From an uncultured Methanocellaceae archaeon (GTDB taxonomy: Archaea > Halobacteriota > Methanocellia > Methanocellales > Methanocellaceae): 64,000 nt of DNA. The stretch spans positions 35,811 to 99,810 of the forward strand of contig CAWBVA010000006.1 of NCBI GenBank assembly GCA_963792125.1, given 5' to 3'. The translations under genes and the position numbers were made by a program. Under the pieces are notes generated by a model, which saw only the letters and a program-made list of their open reading frames with translations, made no database searches and had not been told where the DNA came from. Of the stretch, positions 42,862 to 53,472 are shown one piece after another (the stretch's first letter is position 1; the number at the start of each line of letters is the position of its first letter).

Positions 42862-43347
42862 ATGGAACGTATCTACTACCATTTTCCGGCTAACATCGAT
42901 TTCGAGCGCAGCTACGGCTACAACGCCGACATGCGTTACCTGCTGAAAGTAATGGCGAGCATTCACGGCAAGTCCGGCTCCATGGAATTCGATACCCAGG
43001 GTCCGGACGTGAAGCGGCATGTGGATAACGTGCGTGCACGCCGGGACGTCACTGTAGACGTAGCCGAAAGGAGAGTGGACTTCCTGCCGCTCAACCCGAA
43101 TAACCTGGCCAGCGTCCTGCAGGGTTTACAGCCGGACGGCACAGCGGACTTCCGGGTGACCGTCGGGTACACCTACGTGGACAAGAACTTCGACCGGATG
43201 CCCCTCGAGGGGGACGTGTTCCTTGTGCGGGCGAACGTCGAAGACGGACTGACGCTCCAGGTGGCCTGCATCAAAGGCCAGGGCCGTACCACTCCGGAAG
43301 AGATCGCCAACACGATAGAGACGCAGCTGAAGAACTTCAAGGGCTGA
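42862..43347 (+). CDS. Hypothetical protein (161 aa)
   Basis: MERIYYHF...; co-oriented with and close to the next two genes. Confidence 0.65.
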   Translation: MERIYYHFPANIDFERSYGYNADMRYLLKVMASIHGKSGSMEFDTQGPDVKRHVDNVRARRDVTVDVAERRVDFLPLNPNNLASVLQGLQPDGTADFRVTVGYTYVDKNFDRMPLEGDVFLVRANVEDGLTLQVACIKGQGRTTPEEIANTIETQLKNFKG

Positions 43348-43361
43348 AGAGGCAGGCGGAC

Positions 43362-44900
43362 ATGAAAACGTGTGCTCCTGCCGGGCACGTTATCTTCGTG
43401 ATTATTCTGATTTTGCTCGGGCTCGTCGTACAGCCGGCTGGCGCAGAGACAATTGTCGTCGGCGGCCAGGTAAGCTCGCACGGCCACGCAACGATCACCG
43501 ATACAATTACAGTCAGCAACCTTAAGGACCTGCCGGAAGGCGCGTACGTTACATACAATGCGCCGATCTACGGCAGCTTTGTCGACGACGGCTACTCCCA
43601 GGCCGTTTCAGCGCAGACCCAGACGGCCAGCGTCACGCCTGCATCAGCTACTGAGATGCAGGACTCGTCGGGCAACCTGAATATCCACTACAGGCAGTAC
43701 AAGTGGCTGCTGAACGGCTCGCAGGGAAGCACATTCACGGCCACTGTCACGACATCGTTCGACTATACGGTCACGGCCGATCCGCAGCCCCGCGTGTTCG
43801 CCGACCCATTTACGTCCCCCGGCGGCATTACGGCGGGAGCGACCACCGAAGCGGAAGCAGTGGACATGATCGCGAACTACGTCAAGCTGAACGACCCTGG
43901 TAATTGCGTGAGCAGAGCCAACCTCATGCTATCACAGCTCCAGAGCGCGGGCATCCAGGGGAGGGTCGTCCAGGGCATCACCGTCGACACCCCGTTGACG
44001 ACACCGCAGTTCGTCTACGACAACGCGATACACCAGCTGTCGATCACCTGGCCGAAGGAGCTGCACGTGTGGGTAGAAGTATATTACCCGTCGGAAGGAA
44101 AATGGGTGTCCTATGATCCTTCATCGAACAAAGGGTTTGCCGACCAGCGACACCTGGCGATGGGCACATCGCCGGCCACGGACAGTACGCTCTTCCGGGT
44201 CAACGTTTACGCGAATAGCGGCGTATCCATAAACAGAAATTCCGCGATGGCGTTCACCGGCGTCTCGGATACGGGCAGCTACACGTTCCGCTATCTCGAC
44301 CCGGCGCCCGCCGGTATAAGCGCTCAGAATTTCCCGATGGGCCGGGAGATGACCAGCCACCCGACGGTAACACCGACACCGACCCCTGTGCCCACGCCTA
44401 CGCCTACAGCTACACCGGTACCTTCTGTTACACCGACGCCGACACCAACCCCGACACAGAATGCTACCATAACCCCGTCGCCGACGCCAGGCGCAAGTGT
44501 AACGCCTGTGCCGACGCAGCCGCCGGTCCACCGGGACCTGAACCTGACCACCGGAGGGGAACGATATTTCGTCACGGGCACTCTGGTCGATGCTAAGACG
44601 GGTATGCCGGTAGACAGGGTGACGATCACGCTGGACGGCGAACCGGTTATCGCTGGTCCGGACGGGACGTTCTCGATCGAGGCAGCGGATGGCGCTCATT
44701 CACTGATCGTCAGCGCTCCCGGCTACGAATCGATCAATACCAGTGTCATTGTGGCAGGAGGAAACCTGACTGAAACTCTGAAGCTCAGCCAGATACCTGC
44801 CGCCGACAGCCCACGGCCGGGCGGCATCCCGTGCTGTGGATTACCGCTGGCGGCCCTGGTGCTACTGATCATCGGATTGTACAGGCATGGACGAGCTTAA
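43362..44900 (+). CDS. Cell-surface transglutaminase-like protein with PT linker, PEGA/carboxypeptidase-regulatory-like domain and C-terminal anchor
   Basis: Triad GNC, HVWVEVY, WVSYDPS; signal peptide; PT repeats; C-terminal hydrophobic plus basic tail. Confidence 0.85.
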   Translation: MKTCAPAGHVIFVIILILLGLVVQPAGAETIVVGGQVSSHGHATITDTITVSNLKDLPEGAYVTYNAPIYGSFVDDGYSQAVSAQTQTASVTPASATEMQDSSGNLNIHYRQYKWLLNGSQGSTFTATVTTSFDYTVTADPQPRVFADPFTSPGGITAGATTEAEAVDMIANYVKLNDPGNCVSRANLMLSQLQSAGIQGRVVQGITVDTPLTTPQFVYDNAIHQLSITWPKELHVWVEVYYPSEGKWVSYDPSSNKGFADQRHLAMGTSPATDSTLFRVNVYANSGVSINRNSAMAFTGVSDTGSYTFRYLDPAPAGISAQNFPMGREMTSHPTVTPTPTPVPTPTPTATPVPSVTPTPTPTPTQNATITPSPTPGASVTPVPTQPPVHRDLNLTTGGERYFVTGTLVDAKTGMPVDRVTITLDGEPVIAGPDGTFSIEAADGAHSLIVSAPGYESINTSVIVAGGNLTETLKLSQIPAADSPRPGGIPCCGLPLAALVLLIIGLYRHGRA

Positions 44901-45345
44901 AGTCGTAATCGCGGAACCGTTCAGGATAAGGGGCAAGGCCCGGCTGACGCCGGCAGAGTTCACCTTCACGCTGACGCTGGAGCTTAAATGGCTGACGCCC
45001 GAGGAGAGCAGACAGGTCATCGACGAAGGGCTGAAATCCGGGCTCCTGAAGGAGGAAAAAGGGAAGATAGCCCCGGCCTTCGACTACCGGAACGTCGCCG
45101 TGCCCCGGGGGTTCAGGCCTGGCTTCGACCTTTTCAAGAAGAAATCGTTGCTTGAACGGGTCGTTGATCTGCTGGCCGGTTCCGGCATGAGCGAGGCTGA
45201 AGCGCAAGAGCTTATCGGTCAAAAGCAGGAGCACCTGTCCGGTTACGTGACACCGGAAGTCGCAGGGCTGATTGTCGGGAAGGAAAGAGGGCTTGACGTA
45301 CAGCCCTATATCGACGAGGCTTTCGCGGGACTGGTAAAAAAGTGA
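44887..45345 (+). CDS. DUF2240-family archaeal protein
   Basis: LKVVIAEPF..EFTFTLTLELKWLTPEE..GLL..VTPEVAGL. Confidence 0.8.
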   Translation: MDELKVVIAEPFRIRGKARLTPAEFTFTLTLELKWLTPEESRQVIDEGLKSGLLKEEKGKIAPAFDYRNVAVPRGFRPGFDLFKKKSLLERVVDLLAGSGMSEAEAQELIGQKQEHLSGYVTPEVAGLIVGKERGLDVQPYIDEAFAGLVKK

Positions 45346-45346
45346 T

Positions 45347-45586
45347 CTATCGTGCCGCGACCATTTTCATGAGGACTTTCAGGATTTCGGCAACCGCGTA
45401 CATAGCCAGTAGCAGCGGCGGGATAAAAGCGACCAGCATTATGGCTGCTTCGACCCACTGGTCGAACCACGGAAGCATGCCTTTCCACTGGCAGATGAGC
45501 ACGACGCCGCATATCACCCATATGATCAGTACGATCGGGAACCCGATACTGTCCAATCGCCTTCTCCATTTGCCCGTCTTCGACAC
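45347..45586 (-). CDS. Small two-TM membrane protein
   Basis: Two hydrophobic segments. Confidence 0.5.
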   Translation of the reverse strand: MSKTGKWRRRLDSIGFPIVLIIWVICGVVLICQWKGMLPWFDQWVEAAIMLVAFIPPLLLAMYAVAEILKVLMKMVAAR

Positions 45587-45747
45587 CGTCCTGCCTTCAG
45601 GGTAATTGAGTGGTTACGGGTATAAATAATCACCATCAGGCTGGAGACAGGGCCGGGCTCGATGAGATTAAAAACGGTCAGGCTCATAGCAGCCGGACTG
45701 GCGCCGCCTCGCATGCGTACGCGTCAGAGGCATATGCAGGCCTATGT

Positions 45748-46227
45748 TCAAGCGCGCTTGTACTTCCCGATGATCTCCGTCTCGTCGAGCACGTGCCCCT
45801 TCATGGCAGCTGACCACAGTGCTCTTCGACAGCATGGACGGCAGGTCGAGCACACTGTCCAGCGCTAGGATACGGAAGTGGTAGTGGTGCGCATTCCCGG
45901 GCGGGGGACAGGGACCGGTATAGCCGACGTCCCCAGGTCGTTCTTGCCCTGTGAAGCGCCCGTCTTAATGATCTCGAATGCAGACATGCCTTCCTCGAAC
46001 CCGCTTACAGTGCCCGGGATGTTGTAGACGAGCCAGTGGGTGAAGACGCGGCCCGGCGCATCAGGGTCCTCGACAATCAGCGTGAAAGTCTCGGTCCCGG
46101 CGGGCGCCCCGTTCCAGGAGACGTCCGGCGTAATATCCTCCCCGTCGCAGGTGAACTTCTCCGGGATGAAGCCGCCGGGCTCGAAAGACGTGCTATTCAG
46201 CTTCAGTGTTCTGGTGACACTCATCAT
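45748..46227 (-). CDS. YbhB/YbcL (PEBP) family protein, two frameshifts
   Basis: KFTCDGEDITP, EDPDAP, FTHWLVYNIP, QGKNDLG; shifted frames give GYTGPCPPPG..HHYHF and AMKGHVL...GKYKRA*. Confidence 0.88.
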
Positions 46228-46504
46228 GATACCATGGCCTCTTCCAATAATAAGTGTTTGAGTGTCGTTATATTAGTAATCCGCACATTCACCAGACGGC
46301 AGAAAAGCTCGTATAATAATTTCAGAAGGGGAGAAATATTGAGCATACAGGACTCTCGCGGGAACAGTTACATGCCGGATGGAACGCGTGAGCAGTGAAT
46401 AAAGAGAGAATGTAACAGATAATTGCCTTTTTTATGCGCTTACTGTTTTAAACGCATGTATCGATTGTTTTTTAATTCATTTACAGATTCACGGAGAGGG
46501 TACG

Positions 46505-46924
46505 ATGACATCGCAAAAGCTATTGGATTTAATGAACAAGGGTATTGCCCGGGAACTGCAGGTCTCCATCCAGTATATGTGGCAGCATGTCCAGTGGTCC
46601 GGCGTAAAAGGCTATGCCGTGCACGACGCGTTCAAGAAGATTGGCATCGCGGAGATGAAGCATGCCGAAAAGATAGCGGAACGGCTGTTTTACCTCGGGG
46701 GGAAGCCGACGACCAAGCCCGGAAACATCGTCGTGGGCGACAACCTGAAGGAGATGCTGGAATCGGATATAAAAGCCGAGGACGAGGCCATTAAATTGTA
46801 CAAGGAGATCATCGGGGTTGCCGAGAAAGAGGGAGACGTCACCACTGCGCATATATTCCGGAGCATTCTGGAGGAAGAGGAAGATCACCAGGACACCTTC
46901 ACCACGTTGAACGATGAAGTATGA
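46505..46924 (+). CDS. Ferritin-like/bacterioferritin-family protein
   Basis: RELQVSIQYMWQH, EMKHAEKIAERL, EDEAIKLY, EEEDH. Confidence 0.9.
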   Translation: MTSQKLLDLMNKGIARELQVSIQYMWQHVQWSGVKGYAVHDAFKKIGIAEMKHAEKIAERLFYLGGKPTTKPGNIVVGDNLKEMLESDIKAEDEAIKLYKEIIGVAEKEGDVTTAHIFRSILEEEEDHQDTFTTLNDEV

Positions 46925-47616
46925 TTCCGGCTTTACCGGAGGCACTGTCCGAATTTTCCATCGGCCGGTGACTAAAGCGGACCGGGAAGGTAAACGTCCG
47001 TCAGGCCACTGTCGACAATAGCCATGCTCATTGCCGGGCTATTGCGGCTCATACTGATACTCGCCGGGTCAGTCTGCCTGGCGAATTCCCCGGCTTCATT
47101 GTACGGCTCCGGAGTAGTTCCGGTACCTGCACGGGAGTGCCTGTGAGACAGGCGGATACAGCCGGAAATGTCATCCCGGCCTGACCGGGCGGCAGTATTG
47201 TAAGTAAAAACGTTTTTTTATGCGGCGCCACCCATAATACATGGAATATTTAACCGGTTATATAGAAAATTGTATAATAGATATACATTTATTGAAAACT
47301 CTTTATCTACCATATAAAGTATATTAAAATAACAGTTGCATGTTTTAACATGAATATAAAACCAATCGTTAAAAACATAATATTTTCTATAGCAATACTT
47401 TGTTAAAAGCAAATATTTGACAAAGTTCATATATTCATAATATATTTTGTATAATTTGTCCGTACATGCCTGTTGTACCCGTTTATATAGTTCATAAATC
47501 CTAATTAGCAATCATGCGCCGGGGGTCCTGGCGTCTAAGTCGCAAGCTATAAACCCCCCACACGTTGCTGCTAATGCCGGGTCCCTGCGCAATAAACAAA
47601 CAAGCTGGTAATCCCT

Positions 47617-47964
47617 ATGGAAATACTCAAAACCATCTCATATGCCGGAACAATGGAAGTACTCGCCTCGCTCGGAAAGGGCCGGAAACGCTTTACAGAG
47701 ATCATGTTCGAGACCAAGCTGAACCCGGGAATCCTCAACAGGGTCCTGAAGACGCTGATCGGCTCCGGGATCGTGCTCAAGTGCGCCGAAGACGAGGGCT
47801 ACGAGCTGACTGAGAAGGGCATCAAGATCTCGGGATACATACTGAAGATCGTCGAGACATCGGGAAATGAGAAGCCGGAAAACATGAAGCTGATTAACTA
47901 CGCTCGCGACCCGGCTGGAACAGGTAAAAATCCTCCCGGTAGCTTAACCCGCTCCGGGTTTTAG
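47617..47964 (+). CDS. HxlR-like winged-helix regulator (C-terminus possibly frameshifted)
   Basis: KRFTEI..LNPGILNRVLKTL..GIV..YELTEKG. Confidence 0.8.
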   Translation: MEILKTISYAGTMEVLASLGKGRKRFTEIMFETKLNPGILNRVLKTLIGSGIVLKCAEDEGYELTEKGIKISGYILKIVETSGNEKPENMKLINYARDPAGTGKNPPGSLTRSGF

Positions 47965-47998
47965 CTACTATTTTGCTTTTATATCATTTCTTTTCCCA

Positions 47999-50119
47999 TT
48001 ATTGGAAAAGAGAATCATCCCGGTTTTTTGCTAACGGCAGCACGACAATGAACTTGCTCCCCTTGCTCCGGTCCCCCGGCACCCGGTCTTCCACCAGGAC
48101 CCTGCCGCCGTAGTCGTCTGTCAGCGTCTTCACCAGGTACAGCCCGATGCCGCTGCCTTTGGCTTTCGTATTGCCGCGGAGGTTCCTGTTGAATATCCGT
48201 GTCTTGAGATCGTCCGGTATGCCGGGGCCGTTGTCCTCGACGGTAATCCTGCAGGACTCGATGCCGTTTTCGCGGACCGTCCCGACTCCTATGTCAATCA
48301 CCGGCCGGCCGTTCGAGTGTTTGATCGCATTGCCGACCAGGTTAGAGAAGACATCGTACAACAGCTCGTTCGCGATAACCGTGTTTCCGGTGGCACACTG
48401 GCAATTGATGGTGATGTTACCGCCATGCAGGCTGCAGTAGTGCTCGCGCACACTTTCGAGCACCTGTCCGACGTCCATTTCCTTATGGCGGATTTCACCG
48501 GACCTTACCTTCTGAAGCTTTTTCACGTTGCTTATCAGCAGCGAGCTGCCTTCCAGTGCCGTGAGAGGGTGAGACAGTAGTTCTCTACCGTAGTCGTCAA
48601 GCTCCAGCGTGTCGAGAGCCAGTTCCAGGAACCCGATGCCTACCTGGTTCAGGTTGTTTATGTCGTGGCCCATCAGGTCAAGGTAGAGTTCCGCCTGGTC
48701 TCTTGCGTCCTCGTGCGCGTTCTCCGCGATATTACGCTGTATCCGGTCCCTTAATGCCATGATGCCATAGGCGAGGTTATCCGCCAGCTCCGACAGCAGC
48801 GTAACCTCCCCGGTATCAAACGCATCCGGCGTCTCCGAATAGATTGTCAGAGCGCCGAAGGTGATGTCGTTCGAGCGCAGCGGAAGCCCGATGACCGAGG
48901 CGTATCCGCGTTTCAGCGCCTCGTCCCGCCAGGGAATGAACTTGCTATCGTCCCGGACATACCGGACGATACAGTGTCTGCCGGTCTTAATGGCGGTGCC
49001 GGTCGGGCCCCGGCCCCGGTCCGCATCCGACCAGAATACATTGATCGAGCCGACATAGCCGTCTTCATAGCCCCGGTATGCCATGGGACGCACGGTCTTC
49101 TTCTCGTCCATCTCCGCATAGCCGATCCACGCCAGCCGGTATCCGCCGACTTCGACTATGATCTGGCAAATATCCTGCAGCAGGGCCGTCTCGTCGGTGG
49201 AATGCACCAGCGATTCCCCGCATTTGGTCAGGGCTTTCAGGGCACGATTGGCCCTTTGCAGCACCTTCTCGGCCTGCTTGCGCTCAGTGATGTCCTGTAC
49301 AGTGAAAGTTACTCCCGCCCGCGGGTTCCCCTGCTCGATCAGCGTGAAGCTCAGGAGCACATCGATAATGCCCCCGTCCTTACGCTGCCACCTCGATTCG
49401 ATGGTGCTGACATCAGTAATTTCCCGTGCATCGATTATTTTCTTCCCGACAAGCTCGTACTCCACGTCCGTCGGATAAAAAATACGCGCGTCCCGGTCGA
49501 TGAACTCACCCGGGGAATAGCCGACTATCTCGCAGAGCCAGCTATTCGCCTCTTTCAAGGTCCGGTTGACGGAGATACCTATCCCGACAGGCGCTGCCCG
49601 TAGTATGCTTTCCAGCCTGGCCTCCCTGGCGCTCAGCTGTTCCTCCGCCAGCTTTTGTTCCGTCAAATCGATAAGCACGATAAAAAATCCAAGATATGCG
49701 TTCGAGCAGTCATGTATGGGGCTCGCCGACACACGTGACCAGACCGGTCTGCCATCCCTTCTCAGGTATTTTATAACCTTCGAAAAGCCGGAATTTTCTT
49801 TGTTTTTCTCAGGTAAAGGCCTCAATGATCTGACTTGATCACCGTCGCAGCCGAAGCCGGATCTCCCGATGAGATCTTCCCGGGTGCATCCGAACATATC
49901 CGTCAGCTTCTGGTTGACGAAGACGATCTGATTCTCGGCGTCGACAATCGCGATGCCGACGTTGGCGATGTCGATAATGCCCTCGAGGTTCCCCGAGTGC
50001 CTGAACAAAGCGTCCTCGATATGTTTCATTTTGCTTTCGGCATCGGTCGTAATGGCTGTCTGGCGGACCCCTCCGGGCCCGTTAATAAGAGGGCTGCTTT
50101 TTAGGTGCTCATCACTCAT
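47999..50119 (-). CDS. PAS-PAS-GAF sensor histidine kinase
   Basis: Two PAS domains, GAF (GRGPTGTAI), H-box MGHDINN, NLVGNAIKH, EDNGPGI, GSGIGL. Confidence 0.93.
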   Translation of the reverse strand: MSDEHLKSSPLINGPGGVRQTAITTDAESKMKHIEDALFRHSGNLEGIIDIANVGIAIVDAENQIVFVNQKLTDMFGCTREDLIGRSGFGCDGDQVRSLRPLPEKNKENSGFSKVIKYLRRDGRPVWSRVSASPIHDCSNAYLGFFIVLIDLTEQKLAEEQLSAREARLESILRAAPVGIGISVNRTLKEANSWLCEIVGYSPGEFIDRDARIFYPTDVEYELVGKKIIDAREITDVSTIESRWQRKDGGIIDVLLSFTLIEQGNPRAGVTFTVQDITERKQAEKVLQRANRALKALTKCGESLVHSTDETALLQDICQIIVEVGGYRLAWIGYAEMDEKKTVRPMAYRGYEDGYVGSINVFWSDADRGRGPTGTAIKTGRHCIVRYVRDDSKFIPWRDEALKRGYASVIGLPLRSNDITFGALTIYSETPDAFDTGEVTLLSELADNLAYGIMALRDRIQRNIAENAHEDARDQAELYLDLMGHDINNLNQVGIGFLELALDTLELDDYGRELLSHPLTALEGSSLLISNVKKLQKVRSGEIRHKEMDVGQVLESVREHYCSLHGGNITINCQCATGNTVIANELLYDVFSNLVGNAIKHSNGRPVIDIGVGTVRENGIESCRITVEDNGPGIPDDLKTRIFNRNLRGNTKAKGSGIGLYLVKTLTDDYGGRVLVEDRVPGDRSKGSKFIVVLPLAKNRDDSLFQ

Positions 50120-50375
50120 GCTTCGATAGTGTGCTCTGTCGCCTGATGGACGAACATATGATTACTGATATATTTTTTAAATATAATAAGTTATTTAATA
50201 GCCTGTTTCTTAGCCCGTCCATTATCCGGGATATCTGAAAGTATAAAGATCAAAATAAGTGTGACCTGATCAGGGATTTTGACACAGGGTATGCAAAAAG
50301 ATCGTTCGCCGGCCGGTCCGGCCGGGGCAGTCGGGCGCATTCGTGCGAGTGGCCGACACCCGCCACGATAATCAT

Positions 50376-51347
50376 TTACTTCTGCTTCACGGCCGCGCCC
50401 TGCATCTTGAAATGGGCCAGCAGCGCCTCGATCTGGATACGCTCGTTGGAGCCCTCGGTGAGACGGAAATCAGCTTCGCCGATTCGGTCCACCAGCGCCA
50501 CTAAGACGTCCTCGTCCAGTCCAAGGTCGAACATGCTCCGGTATATCTGGTCGATCACGTCGCTGCCTGATAGCCCATATGTAATCAGCAGCTCGTCCAG
50601 CTTGTTGCGCGCGTCCATGAACTGCCCGTTGAGCGCCAGCTTCAGCATGTCGTCGATCTCTTTCGGCTTCGCGACACTGGTCGTCTGGTAGACCACGTCT
50701 GCGTTGATGTCCTTCGTGACCGAAGCGGCCGACTGGAGCGCGTTTATAGCCCGGCGCATGTCGCCTTTCGCCACGTAGACCAGCGCCTGAATGCCGTCCT
50801 TCTCGATCTTCAGGCTTTCGTGCTTCGCAATACGGTGAAGCCCTTCCTCGATGTCGCGGGCGGTCAGCGGGCCGAACCGGTACACTGCGCAGCGCGACTG
50901 GATAGGCTCGATGATCTTGGACGAGTAGTTGCAGGATATAATGAAACGGCACGTGGCGGCATACCGCTCCATAGTCCGCCGCAGCGCGGACTGTGCGTCG
51001 GAGGTCAGCGCGTCGGCCTCGTCCAGGAAGATGATCTTGAACTTCGCATTGCCAAGCGGCGCCGTCCGGGCAAAGTTCTTGATGTTAGTCCGGACCACGT
51101 CGATGCCACGCTCGTCCGATGCGTTCAGCTCGGAGAAATTGCTATGCCAGGCGTCGCCGTACATCTCCCGCGCGAGCGCGACCGCACAGGCAGTCTTGCC
51201 TACGCCGGGCGGTCCCGAGAACAACAGGTGCGGCAGGTTACCTGACTTCACGTAAGATATCAGCCGCCTCACGATCTGCTGCTGACCGATCACGTCCTCG
51301 AGCCTCTTGGGCCGGTACTTCTCCGTCCAGATTTCATCCTCTGCCAT
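50376..51347 (-). CDS. rfcS: Replication factor C small subunit (no intein)
   Basis: WTEKYRP, SGPPGVGKT, ELNASDERGI, LDEAD, IQSRC. Confidence 0.96.
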   Translation of the reverse strand: MAEDEIWTEKYRPKRLEDVIGQQQIVRRLISYVKSGNLPHLLFSGPPGVGKTACAVALAREMYGDAWHSNFSELNASDERGIDVVRTNIKNFARTAPLGNAKFKIIFLDEADALTSDAQSALRRTMERYAATCRFIISCNYSSKIIEPIQSRCAVYRFGPLTARDIEEGLHRIAKHESLKIEKDGIQALVYVAKGDMRRAINALQSAASVTKDINADVVYQTTSVAKPKEIDDMLKLALNGQFMDARNKLDELLITYGLSGSDVIDQIYRSMFDLGLDEDVLVALVDRIGEADFRLTEGSNERIQIEALLAHFKMQGAAVKQK

Positions 51348-51435
51348 GCGCTACGCTCCGCGAGTATATTGACGGCATTGGCTATAAAGTTTCCACCGCC
51401 GTAAGACGCCAGGGGGCTAAGAAGAGACGGAAATA

Positions 51436-51981
51436 TCAGATATGCCCCAGGCCGAGCAGGCTGCACACTGTGACGATTAGCGCGCCCAGCGCTACCATGC
51501 GGACTATAGACTTGAGATAGCTCTGGCTCGATACCTTTCCCGAGTACAGTCCCAGCCCTACCAGGGTTGCCAGGCAGAGGACCACCGAGGTGATCACTGC
51601 CGTCCAGCCGCTGGTTATGAAGAACGGGATAACAGGCACGATGGAGCCTGCCAGGCTCATGCCTCCGTGTATGAACGAGTCACGGATGATCTTGCGCCGG
51701 GCCTGCTTCTCGATGCGAGTGTCGCGCAGGTCTTCCAGCATTGCGCGCTCCATAGCTGTGATCCGGCCATATTCTACTGCGGTTTCCGCTAAATAGGAAC
51801 CGATACCGTTGGTCAGGCACAGCGCGATGCCGCCGCCCATGGCTGCCTTGATGATGATGCCAGGATCCGTCGTCGTAGTCGCCAGTCCGACGATGATACC
51901 CAGGACTGCCAGCAAGCCGTCAATGGTACCTAAAATCAGGTACCTCCCCTTGTCGCCTCCGTCAGACATTTGCCGATTCAC
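51436..51981 (-). CDS. VIT1/CCC1-family (TIGR00267-like) membrane protein
   Basis: RYLILGTIDGLLAVLG, GSYLAE, VPVIPF; paired with DUF211. Confidence 0.85.
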   Translation of the reverse strand: MNRQMSDGGDKGRYLILGTIDGLLAVLGIIVGLATTTTDPGIIIKAAMGGGIALCLTNGIGSYLAETAVEYGRITAMERAMLEDLRDTRIEKQARRKIIRDSFIHGGMSLAGSIVPVIPFFITSGWTAVITSVVLCLATLVGLGLYSGKVSSQSYLKSIVRMVALGALIVTVCSLLGLGHI

Positions 51982-52004
51982 TTCTGACTGCTACGTAAAA
52001 ACAT

Positions 52005-52295
52005 TTACCGGTCCTGCAGCGTCTCGACATTCTCCACCAGCTTGGAGCCGGCGGCCACCTCGTCGATGCTGTGAATGACGGCGCCCATATCCTCGATGAC
52101 GGCCTCGAGCTCATCGAAGTCGACGTCGTTGCCTTCGACGGTGATCTTGATCGTTTCTGTCTCTGTGTCTACTTCCTGGATGCTCAGGTTGACGCCAGTT
52201 ACGTGGGTCAGCCTGGAAATCGACCTGGCAAGCTCCAGAATGGATGGCTTGTGCGGCTTGAGCACGTCCAATACAAGCCTTTTGATTCCTGTCAT
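52005..52295 (-). CDS. DUF211-family protein
   Basis: [13 protein letters not shown]...[13 protein letters not shown]. Confidence 0.92.
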   Translation of the reverse strand: MTGIKRLVLDVLKPHKPSILELARSISRLTHVTGVNLSIQEVDTETETIKITVEGNDVDFDELEAVIEDMGAVIHSIDEVAAGSKLVENVETLQDR

Positions 52296-52475
52296 GTTAT
52301 CTTAATTCCTGTCTCCTTCCATTAAACGGATTTCTGATATATCATTTTTGCTATATAGACTTTTAATCCCGAATCCGGGGAAGTGACGAGAATAGTGCGT
52401 TTTATAACCTTCAGATCAGTTCGTACGAGAAAGGTTATATCTCCCAGCTTTCACTATAATATCGTTGGCGATCCC

Positions 52476-53357
52476 ATGAAAAGAGCGTTCATTGCAGTAC
52501 TTGCATTGCTGGCGCTGGCGTCATTCGCCATGCCTGCTACCGCGGCGCAGTACGACGGCTTGATGATGGACGTGTCCCAGACTTACATGCGGCTGGGCTT
52601 CAACGACACGATCGTCCTGACCCTTCATCTTACAGATGGCGGCGTGCCGACAGGCATAGCCGACAAGTCCGTAGCGCTGAGCTTCCGTACCGGAGGCGAT
52701 TACGTGATCTTCGGCAACGAACAGCCATCTATGAGTATCGCCACGAACTCGTCAGGCATCGCTACCGCCACAATCAGGCTGAACCCGGAGAACCAGCCGG
52801 AGAGCTTCCGCCTGCCGTTGCAGGTGATGATCGAGGCTATAGATATCAAAAACGACGGTATCCGCTGCAACCTGATCGTGTACATCACCAGCACCGGGTC
52901 CATTTTCGGGTACGTCGTCGATGACGCCACGAGCACGATCACCAGCGCGAATATCACTGTGCACACGCCAGACGGCAAGGCTTTCATGAGCGGAACTTAC
53001 ACTTCGAGCGACGGCTCTGGCAGCCCTATGGGATATTACTATATCGACAACCTCCCCGTGGAGATACCAGGCAAGAACACCCTGACGGCGGAGAAAAACG
53101 GCTATTCAGGCACCCTCAAGGCCGAGGCCGGATTAGACATCCGGCAGGACATCGTCATCCACGGCTTTAAGGACACGGTGGACGTGACGAGCATCGTGGC
53201 GAGTAACGCAAACATTACTGCGACACCGGCACCTGCATCAGGCAATACCACCGACATACCTGCCAGGCCGACCACGATGACGACTACGATCATCATCGCT
53301 ATCGCCATTATAGCGCTGGTATATTTAGGTCTCAAGGCTTATCGCAGGATGTTCTGA
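52476..53357 (+). CDS. Cell-surface protein with Ig-like/carboxypeptidase-regulatory-like domains and C-terminal TM
   Basis: Signal peptide; beta-rich; TGSIFGYV.D..GYYYI..LP..AEKNGY; TM followed by KAYRRMF. Confidence 0.75.
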   Translation: MKRAFIAVLALLALASFAMPATAAQYDGLMMDVSQTYMRLGFNDTIVLTLHLTDGGVPTGIADKSVALSFRTGGDYVIFGNEQPSMSIATNSSGIATATIRLNPENQPESFRLPLQVMIEAIDIKNDGIRCNLIVYITSTGSIFGYVVDDATSTITSANITVHTPDGKAFMSGTYTSSDGSGSPMGYYYIDNLPVEIPGKNTLTAEKNGYSGTLKAEAGLDIRQDIVIHGFKDTVDVTSIVASNANITATPAPASGNTTDIPARPTTMTTTIIIAIAIIALVYLGLKAYRRMF

Positions 53358-53472
53358 GTTGCCTTTCGCGGGGGCTCTCGGCTACAGTCATAAGCCGACT
53401 ACGGGAAACAGGCGCACCTGGTGAATGCGATCTGAGCGTATAGTCGGTACAAAGCAATGACTAAAGCCACAA

